The notes beneath the pieces were generated by a model. The model was not told the DNA's origin. It did not search any database and saw only the letters and a program-made list of their open reading frames with translations. A stretch of 45,595 bases of DNA from Vicugna vicugna. Taxonomy: Eukaryota. Where the stretch lies: positions 5,358,691-5,404,285 of the forward strand of contig MU058824.1 of the NCBI GenBank assembly GCA_013265495.1, given 5' to 3'. Made by a program: the position numbers and the translations under genes. Below, piece by piece: positions 33,382 through 45,595 of this stretch (positions are counted from its first letter, which is position 1; the number at the start of each line of letters is the position of its first letter).

Positions 33382-35817
33382 TGAGGTTTGGAGGGCGGGA
33401 GGTGGTGGATGTGTTTCCTGTCCTCTCTGGGGCACTGCCGTGTCTTCCTCTTACACTGCGAGACCTTGCGCACTCTGAGTTGCTTTTCTCCGTTCATCGA
33501 CTCACTTTAATTATTTCAAGATGAGGTCCCCTAGAGTTAGGAAAGGGGATGCGTTCAGAGTCAGAATCTGGGGAGAAAGTTTTACTTGCTCATATATGAG
33601 CCCTGCAAAGGGCACTTAGTAAACACTGGCCAAAGTGGAATCCGCAGTGTGCGGAGATTCTTCCGTGACACGGGTTTAGGAGCGCTCCCCGCACCTCCAC
33701 GGCATAATTGAATCTAACCTCCTACTCTAGGCCCCGAGGATGCACCAAGCGGCCACCCTGAGCTTTGACCCGGACCGTTCGTTAGCCAGTTTGGCTTTCT
33801 CTATAGTGGTTTTTGTATTTATTGTTTTCCTGCTACTGTGTAGAAACCAAGACATTGTTGTGCATCTTATTGCTGCACGCAAATATTCTTTGATGCCTAC
33901 TGTGTGCTAGATATTTCACAACTTCTTTCGTATAATTTTCAAAATAATCTTGAGGGCGTAGACTTTCTTATCTGATTGATGGAGAAATTTATACCCAAAG
34001 ACGTTAAGGGACTTGCCCAGTTAATAAAAGAGGAGCATTTGATTCAAGATGTTGTGAATTGAAAAACTCGCTTTTTGTACCACAAAATAAAATGATAAAA
34101 CCATATGATAAACTCTCTACTCTTCTGGCTCTGACAGAAATAACATAACTTCAACATCAAGTTACTTATCTTAATTCTCAGGCGAAAAGGGGATGCCTGC
34201 AGGTTTCCGGCATGGAGGGGAAGATACTCAGGTTTTATTGAGTTTAATTTGCATCTGTCTCTGCCTGGAGTCATGGTGTTTCTTGAGCTATTTTGACTTC
34301 TTCCTCAGGCACTATAGTATGTTAATTCTATAAAATGTTTTTCTGCTCTCTGGATTTTCATTGAAATTTTATGGATTTCTGGCTGTCATTATTAGGAAGA
34401 TCTGAAAGCATCGTTTTGGTTGGCAGTTCACATATCTGAGACAAAAGACCCAGAAAAGGAAATAGCCCTGGAAGGCAGCAGTGGGCTGGCTCACCCCTTC
34501 ACTGCTTAGACCTGTAAGGCTGGAGTCCTCACTTCCTCCTCTGCCAAGCTTCTCCCCCCAGTTTGGAAAGTTTGGGGGATACTGGGCATGGAACGTGACT
34601 GATTGCAGTATAAGAGGGATTGTATAGGAAAGTGGGTGTAATGACCATCTTTTCTATTATTTTCAAATGAGTGAAAATGCAGTGTCTCCAGGAGGGAAGT
34701 AGAAAAATTTAAACTTTGCTATAAGCCCTATACCCCCACCCCATTTTTGTGTTGTTTTTATTTTTTCTTTAAAATCCATTGATCATCACAAAAACCCAGG
34801 AAATTTAACTAAGGAGAAAACGAATGTTCAGCTGATATCTAAGATCCCAGAGCTACGGAGGAGACATGGCACTAGACTGCTGGGTGTGCGGGAGGGGGCG
34901 GAGGGATGGTCCCCATGGGACAGCTTCAGTCATGAACTTTGAATCATCTTTTATCTGTAACTTGGTTGGGGTCCAGCTAGTTGAAAAAGGTAGCAGTATT
35001 AGGAATAAGGAAAGGTGAGCCCACGTCATATTTTATACACACACACATACACATGCACACTGAACTATTTTCAGTGTTGTTAAATCTCGGTAGCAAATAG
35101 TTGACACTTAACCTTTAAATGATCAAAATGACCTTCTTAGTTAGGGTCAGCATACAAACCAGGACTTAATATTATTGGTAACATTATTATTACCAGGATG
35201 CCCTTCCAATTCTTGAAGTTATTAAATTTAATAGCATTGGTGTCACCTGGTAGACTTGTGTCCTAAGCCACACCCCTGACTAATGTGAGATTGACAAGTA
35301 CAGTATTTACCTTCTGTTCAAGTGGAAAAGGGCTAAACTGAGTTGCTTCATCTGATTGAACTGTTCTGAATGAACATGAACTGCTTTGGTAAGTTGGGTG
35401 GCTTCCATTCCACCTCCTCATACAGCTGTTCCCCTTCTCTGCCTCCCATTTAAATGTGATAGCAATCTTTTGTTACTGACAATGCCATTGCCATTATTTC
35501 AGCCAAATTAATTCTGCAAACATTACTGAATGCCTGTTTTCTTCCAGGCACTGTCTTATGTACTGTCGTAGGTCCCTGGAGACAAAGAGAAGGAGGAGAT
35601 GTGGTTCATGCCATCAAGAAATTCAAAGTGTGGGTGAAACATTTCTCAAAAATTTCCTCAAAGAGCTTGTAAAGGCAAGAGAGTTATTTGCAGGAAATGC
35701 CATGTGTTGTGGGCATAGCCTGATAGACTCCCTGTGAGCAGGAACTTTGAAGTTTTGAGTTTTTATCTTAAAAAAATCATGTATTTGTTCATTTTACACT
35801 GTAATATATTGGGGCTT

Positions 35818-35946
35818 ATTTTGTTTTTTGGGGGGAGTAATTAGGTTTATTTACTTATTTATTATGATTATTATTTTTTATTTAATGGAGGTACTGGGGA
35901 TCGAACCCGTGACCTCATGCATGCTGAGCATGCACTCTACCACTGA
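35818..35946 (-). mobile_element. vic-1-type SINE lacking its 5' end
   Basis: gtaattaggtttattt...ggaggtactggggatcgaaccc...gcactctaccactga. The terminal gctataccctcccc seen in the 29.3-kb copy is absent; no TSD found. Confidence 0.88.
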
Positions 35947-37604
35947 CAGTGGCTGTGGGGATGCAGTTTCTGTAGAGGCGCATCCCTTGTCAGAATTAAT
36001 GAATGTTGCTAAATCTCATTCCACTGATTTTGCAAATGTGTGTTGGTCACATAAATGTTTTTGAGCGATAAGGATGAGGAGTTTATATCTGGTTTATGTT
36101 TGTTCATAGTTAAGTAACATGGTATTTATGTCAACTCTGGAATCTGTAGGAGGTACTTTCTTTTAAGAAGGTCTATATGTTAATCAAGTGTGAGAAATAC
36201 TGTTCTAAAAGGACTTGAATGCCTCAAGAACTATGTAAGATTGAAAATATTAGTTTCTCCATTTCTCATTGCATATTGATCTTGTTGGTCATTTAAATTG
36301 AGGGCATAATATTGTGGAAAAATTTCATCTTAAATCGCTCCGGTCTTAAGGATCAGCTTTGTCATTTGTCCACAGAGGGAACTCTTCTTGCCCTTTTCTT
36401 ATGTCATTCATTCATTTTTTTATTTAAAAACTTTTTTTTTGATACCCACACGTACCTGGGACTGCGCTGGGAACTGGGTGCTTGAAAATCATATCAGTCA
36501 AAAATCACAGTTTCTTGGCCAGTTCCTCTCTCTCCAGAAGTGATGGAGTGTAATGAACGGAAGGAGTCACAAGGTGATGGTCTGGGTCCAGCTCTCACTG
36601 GGGGTCAGAAATCAAGCAGGCCAACTAAATTCAGGGAGTTTCTTCCTCTCTTCAATAGAGAAGTTGTCTCCATTTATTCTGTGTGGTGGTGTTACAGTTC
36701 CAGCAAGAGAGATTCTGGGTCTTAGTCAAATTATCTCCAGATTACCATCTTTTCCCATCCCATGGGCTGTGACTGATGTCACGGAGGGAGGCTCACAAAC
36801 TCAGAGGCTCCGGGGCCAGGCAGGTAACACTGACCCAGCAGAGTGGAGTTGGGGCCCAGTACCAGCCTCTGCTTTATCTGCTGGAGGGATGGACAGATGT
36901 TAGGGTGCAGGATGTAGGCCCAGAGTTGCCAGCAATGCCAGCTTATAAAGGATGGTGAAAAATCCAGATTTTAAGTAGAAATTTCCAATTTTGCATACTC
37001 TGTGAAGGTCAAAGCATGGAGATGGTAAAGAAACTGTTTCCAGTTTGCAACCCCTGTTTCCTGCCTGTGCCCTGGTAAATCCAAGGGTCAAGTGTGATCT
37101 TGCTTTGAAGATCCTTGTGGTTGTGAGCATGTGGTCCCATGGCTCCCTAATTTAGATCTTTAATCATTGCTTTCTTCCACTTCCAAGTTTGTGGGTTAGT
37201 GTTTTGACTTGAAGATAGTCTGTCTTTATTCTTTTTTTTTGCTCTTGGATGTTCTTGTGCTTTTCAGAGTTACCTTGTTCAGGCTCAGCAGTTGTTGCTG
37301 TAAGATGTTTTCTACCTCCAGGTTATGCTGCCCTGATGGGTGTGTCCTTGGGGGAGGAGGGCTGAGCTCTGAAAGCATTGAGCTGCCCAGAACACCTTGG
37401 GCCCTGCTGTCTTTCTTTCTCTTCATTTGAAGCTGGATGTACTTGTCTGTCCCAGTTTTAAGACATGTAAAAAAAAAATCAATTGGAATGGAATGATTTC
37501 TGATGAAAAGTGAGGGGATTTGGTGATGAGAGGTCATATTTTCTGGTACCACAGTGGTATTTCCTTTCATTGTTAGAATATTTTATCCTTCAGGGAGAAA
37601 CATT

Positions 37605-38385
37605 TATATGGGGATAAAAAGATGCTCAACATCACTAATCATCAGAGAAATGCAGGTCAAACCCACAATGAGATATCACCTCATAGCTGTTAAGATAGGA
37701 TGGCTGTTATAAAAAAAACACAGAAAGTAATAAGTGCCATTAAAAATGTGGAGAAATTGGAGCCTTTGTACATTGTTGTTGGGAATGTAAAGTGGTGTAG
37801 CCACTGAGGCAAAGAGTAAGGAAGTTCCTCAAATAAATTAAAACTAGAACTACCGTATGACCCGGGAATCCCACTTCTGCACATATATCCAAAAGAATTG
37901 AAATTAGGATCTTGAAGAGGTATCTGCCCCTCCATGGTCATTGCAGACTATTCACAATAGCCATGAGGTGGAAACAGCTTAAGTGTCCATTGACAGAGGA
38001 ATGAATAAAGAAAATAAGGTTTATACATACAATGGAATGTCACTCGACTTTAAAAAAAAAAGAAGGAATTTCTGCAGTATGTGACAACATGGATGGACCT
38101 TGAGGACATGGGGCTAAGTGAAATAAGCCACTCACAGAAGGAGAGATAATGTATAATTCCACTTATGTGAGGTATCTAAAGTGGCTGACTCTTAACCAGT
38201 GGTTGCCAGGGGTTGGGGGATTGGAAAATGAAGAGTTGCTGTTCAGTGGGTTCTAGAGTTTTAGTCATTCAACATGAAAAAGCTCCGGAGATCAATAATG
38301 TGCACATGGTCAACAACGCCGTCTACTTAAAAGTTTGCGAAGAAGGTAAATTTCATGTTATATGTTTCTTAACCACAGGAAAAGC
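37605..38385 (+). mobile_element. L1MA/L1MB 3' fragment
   Basis: aaaagatgctcaacatcactaatcatcagagaaatgc...acaacatggatggaccttgaggacat...ctaagtgaaataagcca, plus 3'UTR. Confidence 0.9.
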
Positions 38386-39928
38386 AAACATCATGAAAAC
38401 ACGGAAATTCTTTTTTTACAGAGATAAGACATTTGGATAGCCACAAAAGCTCTGTGTCTTGTATCTTTTTGGATCAGTCCTAAATACAGGATCTGTCCCT
38501 TAACTGTATTCACACCTGTTGTTTTTAGGTGACCAATGCAGAAACACTGGAGATAATGACACATTCTGAGAGCCCCTTCCCACCACACACATGCTGAGGG
38601 CAACCATGCTCTTCAATTTCAATTTTTAAAAAATTTATTTTTGGGACATTTTGGGGAATGTTCAGCCATGATACCCGCTTGTCATCATTTAAACCACACG
38701 ATTACGGAGCATGCCCAAGTGGCCTTGTATAATGGTATCTCTGACCTAGAGTGTTTTTTTTTTTTAATGTCTGAATAGGAAACAAAAAGGAGCAAATGAG
38801 TTATTCATTCTGAAATCTGAACCCCTCTTGGGGCTGCCTGGTCCCGAGGTGGAGGGGTCCGGGAAAGATGGGGCAGGATGTGCTGACTTGTTACCTATCT
38901 CCTTGCGCAGGGTGGCTGCAGAGTTCCACCGCCTGATGTGACCCAGTCACCTCATAATTCTTCCTTCTATAGAATAGAGTTACAGTCCGCTGTGGCTGAG
39001 GTGGACGAATTTCTGAGGTGTCAACCGATATTTGCTTGGAAAAATCCATGTGTTAGGATGTTCATATGCCATGTTTTCTGATGGTCGTGCTATAAACTAG
39101 TGTTTGTGATGCAAATACTTTTTCTTTTCCTCCTTGGGGATCTGGTGGCGTAGCATGTACTTCAGTTTGGCACAGGTGGTTAGCTTGGGGATATTAACGA
39201 TAAATTACAGGGCATGCATTTCTGCTCTAGTACATACATGCTGGAAAAACCTTATATTCTGCAAACACATGCAGGACATATGAAACAAAAGTAGGGATGG
39301 GGTGGATCTCTCCATATCTATACAGCTTTGCAACCAGAATACTCAAAAAAACAGTAACAAAAAAATAGGCACTCAAAAAACCTGTTGACCTCGGGGGTGA
39401 GCTCACTGATGCTGTAGGAACATGTAGTGTGGCAGAGCAGCCCTAGTCTTGAGCACCGATTCATGGGAGGTGAAAGCAAGATACCAAGCCAGAAATAGGG
39501 CTAGTTTGATACTGTGTGTACAGATCCAGAGGTTTTATATTGGTCTGAAAAGATAATGCATGGCCTCTTTCCTCAAAGACTACAGTGAATAAACTGTCTT
39601 CAGGCTGATAAAAATCTGTCCACGAAAGTCCTCACATCTAGTAGACAGATTGTCACAATCCTAATGAACCTGGTGAGAATTAAATGTTTTGTTAGAGGTG
39701 AGCACTTGGGCCTTAAAAAGCGACCCACTCTGTAGAATGATATTTAAAATTGAAGTTCTTATTCAGCAGCTGAATAAGAATTCAGTTCTTATTGGATTCA
39801 ATTTATTCAACTAAGTAAATTGAATAATCTTACTCAAGTCTTTTAAGCAATGCTTGGGGGTATTCACTGTGAAGCAGTACGTTTGTTTATGTGATTAACC
39901 GCAATGAAAGTACAATGATATAAATCGT

Positions 39929-40312
39929 TGTGTTAGTCAGGGTTCCCCAGAGAAACAGAACCAATAAGATGTGAGTGTGTGTGTGTATAGAGGTGGACGG
40001 GTGGGGTTGGTGGGTGGATTTATTTTAAGGAATTGGCTCACATGACTGTGGAGGCTGGCAAGTCTGTAATCTGCAGGGTGGGCTGGCAGAAGTCCCTCTT
40101 CCTTAGGGGTGGTCAGTCTTCATGTAAAGATCTTCAACTGATTAGATGAGGCAGGCCCACATTGTGGCAGGTAATCTGCTTTACTCAAAGTCTAACTGAT
40201 TGAAATGCTCATCTCATGTACAGGGGACCTTCGCAGCACCGTCCAGACACGTAGGACCAGATATTTGAGCACCGCAGCCTAGCCAAGTTGACATGTAAAA
40301 TTAACCATTGCA
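39929..40312 (-). mobile_element. MLT2 (ERVL) solo LTR
   Basis: tgtgttagtcagggttccccagagaaacagaaccaata...aaggaattggctcaca...agccaagttgacatgtaaaattaaccattgca. Confidence 0.88.
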
Positions 40313-41189
40313 GCTACTAAAAAAATGTTTTTCAGATACTCTGTTTTTGAGATTCCTAATGTTATGGGAAACAGTTTTGGAGAGATCAGAGAGGATTTTT
40401 TTTTTCTGCTTCCATCTTATAAAATATGCACCAGGAAATGTTCAAATATTTATTTGAATCTGGAAAAATCCCTACACATATGTTATATGCTTCTTGTACC
40501 CCTTCCAAATGCCTAAACATTTCAAAACCACATACCAACTTCTGGGGCGACTTTAAAGTCATTAACATATTTCTCTCGACCAAGAAGAGGCTTGTCCTAC
40601 CTGTGTTCATGGCTCTGAGATGCACCCCCTGGGGAGATGAGCGCTTATTCACCCTGGTGTCTGCCCCTCCATTCTCACCCTACAACCTAACTCTTCATCA
40701 GAATATCCGTGACCCCACACTGAACCCCTCGTGGAAAAGGCATCCTGGATTTAAGCAGCCTCAGCCATGGGGCACATCATGCCAGCACTTTCCCAGGCCA
40801 ACTGCCTGCTTGCATGCTCTCTGCTTGTCTCCTCCCCCACTCCCCCTCCCTGCTGCAAATGCTATGGATGGGAGAGGCACTCTGCCCAGAAGTCCAAGTC
40901 TGACGTTTTAATGAGAAAGAGTACAGAACTCCCGAGAGTAGGAACAGGTTCTAACTTCACTGTCCCCAACTACTAGTTTTTGTCCCTGAGTTGGTGGTTG
41001 CTAACAGGGGTGCAATTTGAGAGGCAGAGGGAAGCCCAGGACGTTCTACCAGAGATGGTTCTTAAAACTCAGCCGTAAGAAAGCTGTGAGTTCCACGCTC
41101 ATATTCCTGGGACGAGGCATCTCTCAGCTCCCGGGAGCTCAGCTGACTCTGACTTTACAGAATGTCTTGTCTCAGGCTTTGCAGCTCGA

Positions 41190-41325
41190 GGCCTCAGCCC
41201 AGCAGCATGGGCAACACCCGGGGGCTTTTCTAGACCTGCAGACTCCAGGCCCCACTGTGGACCCACTGAAGCCTCTGCATTTTAGGAGGATCCCTGGGAG
41301 ATTTGTGCATGTATTAAACTCTGCC
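41190..41325. mobile_element. MER5-family fragment
   Basis: cagcagcatgggcaacacc...tgcagactccaggcccca...tctgcatttta...gatccctggg. Confidence 0.6.
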
Positions 41326-44237
41326 GAGGAAATGAGAAATGAGGGTTTGGGATTTGGCCACATTTGGTTGGGAGTTGCTTTTAAAAAGGTGGAAAAGCCC
41401 CAGCAAGAGACTGTGGAACTGAAGTGGAAAAGATAAACATCACCATGTGCTTTCAGTTTTGCCTGGGGTTGCCTCTGGTGACTTGAAATCTGAACTGTCA
41501 AGTGTTCATGATTGAATGTACCATAAAGATAAGAAATTTAGACTTTACCAAGTACATTGTGTGACATTTTGTGAATGCACTCTTCAGAGACACACACACA
41601 TGCAGGAAAGGGCTCAGAGCTTGGTGTTCAGCTTGCTGAATCTTCCCAGATGGAAAGCTTGCATATTTAGCATCCATGTCAAGAAACAGCCTGGTACCCA
41701 GAAGCCCCGCTGCTCCTTGCAGTCCCTGCAGCCCCTCCCTGACCCTAGTCAGGACCTCTGGCCGGTTCTTTTCCTTACTACATGGGTTTGGCTTCTTGCA
41801 CTGAACATTAAGCTCGTGGGCTTGTAGCTGTAGATGTATCATTTCCATTGCTGTAGAGGATTCATTGTGTGAAGATAGCACAGTTTATCCATGTTTCTAT
41901 TCATGGCCATTTGGGTCATTTCTACCTTGTGTCTATCACATACTGTGCCGTGATGGGCAGTGTGTCACATGTCTTTTGTTAAGCATGTGGACTCACTCAA
42001 TGCCTTACTTTTAATAACTGTTTGAAAAATGACTCCCACTTTCCTTACCAACACAGGTCATCATTATGAAGCTGATTTTCATCCTGGGCTATAGTGACGT
42101 CCCCAGGATTTGTGGGGATGCTCAGCTTGCCTTTTTCAGTTCCTGTGTGCATTGTCTGTTCTTGCTGTCAGGCTGCCAGGTTGCAACTTAGTACTGTTAG
42201 GTCTTCTTTCTTTCCTGGGTACCTTCGTTTAGTGAAAATTCAGAGAACAAAAGGATCAGATATACTAAAATTGTGTTTTAAATCCCCTTTTGCATGCAGG
42301 TTATTCCTTTGCCAAGGAGGGGTGTCTCACAGGCTGCTGTTCATTCTTTCCTGACCTTCAGTCTTTTTTGGTTTCTTCATGGTGCCAGATACATGAGTTT
42401 CAGATGGCTGGAGTGCTGCCTTCATTTTGAAATTATTATTATTTTTTTTGGTGATTTTATTCCTTTTTCATTTTTATGTATATTTTAAGTCCTTTCCCCT
42501 TTTTGTTCATTTTGGAAGTTCCCCAAAGTAGACACTGTAGTTCTAAATTATCTTTGTAGAAATGATGCCATTTAGAAAGAGAAGCACAAAACATGGATTT
42601 TTATTATTATGAATACATGTGAGAAGTAGGCATCTAGCCACAGGGGGCGTGGTCTTAGGCTGTGATGAAGCCACAGGAGTCTGGCAGGATTTGGGCTTGC
42701 ACTTAGATCTTGGGCCCCCACTCCATCGTTGGTTGTTGAAATTACTTTTAATGCTTTTTTTTTTTGAGTTTTGGGGGAATGTTACAAAAACTATACATGG
42801 AGATAAACATACACTACTGCTTTGTGGGTTCTCCTTGTCCATTCATGCAGATTATTGTAATAACTTTATTATAGTTCCTTCTTTAGCACCACTTGCATTT
42901 AAAGAAACCATTCAGCATTTATTTCCATTTTGTTTAGTAGCTTTTAGGCCAGTTGTACACCCCAGGAGGGATGTTAGCCACACAGGTGAGAGAGGACAGC
43001 TCATACGTCAGGGAACCAGAACTGGAAACCAGAGCAGAGTAAAGGTTTGGGATGAAAAATGTAAATGGAGAGAGATGTAAATACACAGCTGACTGAAAGT
43101 GCTTTTTCCTTATCTGATGAGCCAGTGAGCTGACATGATGACTCAATTAAGGAAGAGTGGTTTTTCTTTTCTTTGCTCTCCTGAGGGGCTGAGGTCAGAT
43201 TCCTTCAGGAGATAGAGTCTGCAGATCTGAAGGTTTGCTGTCTGAGTGGTCTGTGGCTCTGGGAGCATAAAAGCAGACTAGTTTTCAGGGCACCTGATCC
43301 TGATGTAATGTGAAAAAGTCAGATTTTAATAGGATTCTTGGCTACCTTCTTTTTAAAATCACATTCCAGAAAATCACCCTTTGGTTCTTCAGAAAATCAA
43401 ATGAAAAAGTAATTAAACTTTCCTGCAGGTTGCTGGGGAAGCAATGAAGTCCAAAGCTGATGAGCAGTGGAGTGCATCTCAGGAAACTTCTGCCTTGTGG
43501 AAAATACACCCCAGGTGTTATCGAATGAGACCAGGAACCTCTCAAAGGGTTTTAACTGTTGAAATGTTGAAATGAAAGATGTCAAAAATATTTTATTTTA
43601 AAGAGGAAATACGTTCAGGAAAGAAATCTCCGTAGTTAATTTTGCTCTAGTTGGATATTTTTTGGTCTGTCTCTGCATAAACAGGAGAGACTGGAAAACC
43701 ATTATTATTGGTTTGTCTTTTTGTTTGATGATTAGGTAGCAAGGTAGGTAGATAAAAACCAATGACTCAAAATTAAAAGTAGATTAAAAAATCTTCTTAT
43801 GATGTATTTTTTATAGTAACTAAACAGACACTAAGTTTTCAGATAGTTCAAAGATGTCATAGAAACGAAATTCTCATTTAATTACATGATTTTTCAGAGG
43901 AAACTCTTGTAATCTTTGAGAAAGATTTTTGAGAAGGCCAGAGCAGCTTGTGTACAGTCTCTAAAAGATTTTGTGCCAGGATCTTATGTGCTCGAGCATA
44001 AGGTCAAGATTTAACTGTTCAAGCTAACAATTCTCCTTACACAATAGCAATAATTTAAATGCCAGTCATTCAGTAGTTAGTATTAGGTGTTATATATATT
44101 AAATATGAATTCAGGAAATATGTTTGCTGCTGAGTGAACAGATGGAATGCACTTATATCCCAGAAAATGCTAATTTTGGGAGAGAAAAATGAATCCTTTA
44201 CTGATACTCACGGTTCTGTAGTACATTAAGAAGTCAC

Positions 44238-44378
44238 TGGGACCTCTTGGGAGTGATGGAAATGTTAGCTGTCTTGATTGTGGTGGTGGTTTCATTGGAA
44301 CTCATCAAATTGAACATCTGAAACGTGTAGTTTACTGTACAGAAATCATACCACAATAAAAGTGTTAAAAAAATAAAA
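44238..44378 (+). mobile_element. Old L1 (L1MC/ME) extreme 3' end
   Basis: gtgatggaaatgtt...tcttgattgtggtggtggtttca...aactcatcaaattgaacatctgaaa, then an A-rich tail. Confidence 0.7.
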
Positions 44379-45532
44379 TGTTTAGTTGACCTATGGAGGC
44401 AGGGGAAGAAGTCACTGGGAGGTTTTAGAAAGACAAGCAAATCCTCTTCCGTAGGAGCTGATGGTGGGTTATCTTTGTAATGCAATATGTTAAGTCTGTG
44501 TTCATGGACATTAAATCATGTGACTTAATTTGTGTTTTTGGAACTCACAGATGTATAATAGTATTTATAAACTTAAACATAAATAATCTTTTGTTAAAAA
44601 TGCATCCCAGTTTATTATTGGAATATATTTAGGATCCCCAACATTGTTTTAGCCATTCAGCAGGAGTTGCGATTTCAGCAATCTCAACCCATTAAAAACA
44701 CAAATCTGAGGTGGAAGAAGACGAAGGGGCCTCTGTGCATCAGAAACATTAGTTGCAAATCCCGCAAGACAGTTTCTTCAGGTGATGATTTTTGACTCTT
44801 CTCAGCTTTCTTAGTGTAGGTTAGGTAGCAAATATTGGGCACCTCCCCTGTTAGAAACTGTGGAAGGAGAAAGGGGAAAAATAAACGAAGAAGGAGGCAG
44901 CCAGTGGGTTGAAGGGGAGTGTATGCTCTTGCCTGTAGGTTTTAGATGCAGTCTGGCGTGCTCTCTAGACGCTCTCCTTTCTCACTGTATTCAGAAGGGG
45001 ATTGACCCTTTTCAATTTGGCAATCACATTTCCCACAGTTTGTCTCGTTCCTGACCCTGTGCTGGGCAAGGGTCATCTGCCCCCTCCTCATCACTCTTTC
45101 TTTTGACTTCCCTGTGGGTGTGTCCTTAGCCTGCCTCACATCCAGTACAAAGCTCCGCCTTCTCCACTTTGCTTCCCGCCAGTGTCCTCTTTCCCCAGGT
45201 TCTGGCCTCATTCATTCATTAACACGGGATCTGTTGCCGGTCAGATCTCTGGGTGCTGCAAGGAATATGGAGACTGCTAGGGTAACTGGGAAGATAAAAC
45301 GTCCATAGAAAACTCAGTACACAGAGCTTCAGATAAAATGTGACAGGGGAAGGATTTCTTGTGGTTGGATCAGTCAGGGCAGGCTTCAGGGAAGAGGCAA
45401 CTTTTTGGGAGAGGCTTGCCTCATGTGCAGGGTTTGATTTCCAGAGAGGAAGTGCAAAAAGTTTTGGTTTTGATCATAGGCGAGTATTAAAATATACTTT
45501 GACTGTGGAGGGATAAAGCTGTTTCCTGACTC

Positions 45533-45595
45533 TTTTTTTTTGTTTTTTTTTTGTTTTTTTTTTTTACATTTTTTTTTGATTCATAATCATTTTAC
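45533..45595 (-). mobile_element. Poly(A) tail and 3' terminus of a probably young L1, cut by the window edge
   Basis: Long T-runs followed by acattttttttt gattcataatcattttac, resembling a camelid L1 3' terminus. Confidence 0.55.

Larger units (their letters stand above)
32490..33480. promoter_or_regulatory. RASEF: CpG island / RASEF promoter and first exon
   Basis: Abrupt GC-rich and CpG-rich block in a CpG-depleted AT-rich background, overlapping the RASEF start codon. Confidence 0.92.
33353..45595 (+). other. RASEF: RASEF intron 1 (partial; continues beyond the window)
   Basis: Follows the exon 1 donor. No sequence resembling the next RASEF exon was recognised. Confidence 0.7.

Noticed and set aside
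32421..33497. 358-aa antisense ORF across the CpG island
   Set aside because: Low-complexity Ala/Arg/Pro/Ser product with no recognisable domain. Long open frames are expected in very GC-rich DNA opposite a coding exon.
40426..43080. ORFs of 127-161 aa in RASEF intron 1
   Set aside because: No resemblance to downstream RASEF exons or known domains. Some overlap MER5 and old L1 fragments, and lengths are compatible with chance.
1..45595. CRISPR arrays, rRNA, prokaryotic operons or foreign inserts
   Set aside because: No repeat-spacer arrays, rRNA motifs or gene-dense blocks. Composition and repeats are uniformly mammalian.

Overview
This is mammalian genomic DNA, almost certainly from a camelid: it carries two tRNA-derived vic-1-type SINEs and camelid-type L1 3' ends. 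It is AT-rich and full of repeats (L1, L2, MIR, MLT1/MLT2/MER74 LTRs, MER5/MER20/MER58/MER82 DNA transposons). The only securely recognisable gene is exon 1 of RASEF (RAB45, EF-hand Rab GTPase), on the + strand in a CpG island at about 32.5-33.5 kb, followed by about 12 kb of intron 1. Exon 2 was not seen. The exon carries several lesions in the ancestral frame: two 5-bp tandem duplications, a +1 insertion, two in-frame TGA codons and an Asp>His change in EF-hand 2. Its splice donor is also triplicated. An upstream ATG (32811) reads openly through the whole exon and rejoins the native RASEF frame at the donor. So the locus is either a lineage-specific pseudogene or a RASEF whose EF-hands were replaced by a new Arg/Gly-rich N-terminus. 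Upstream, several repeat-free segments have minus-strand exon-like structure and may be a decayed or non-coding gene transcribed away from the same island; this is speculative. Repeat names and human RASEF comparisons come from recalled sequences, not searches, and repeat boundaries are approximate unless TSDs are given.
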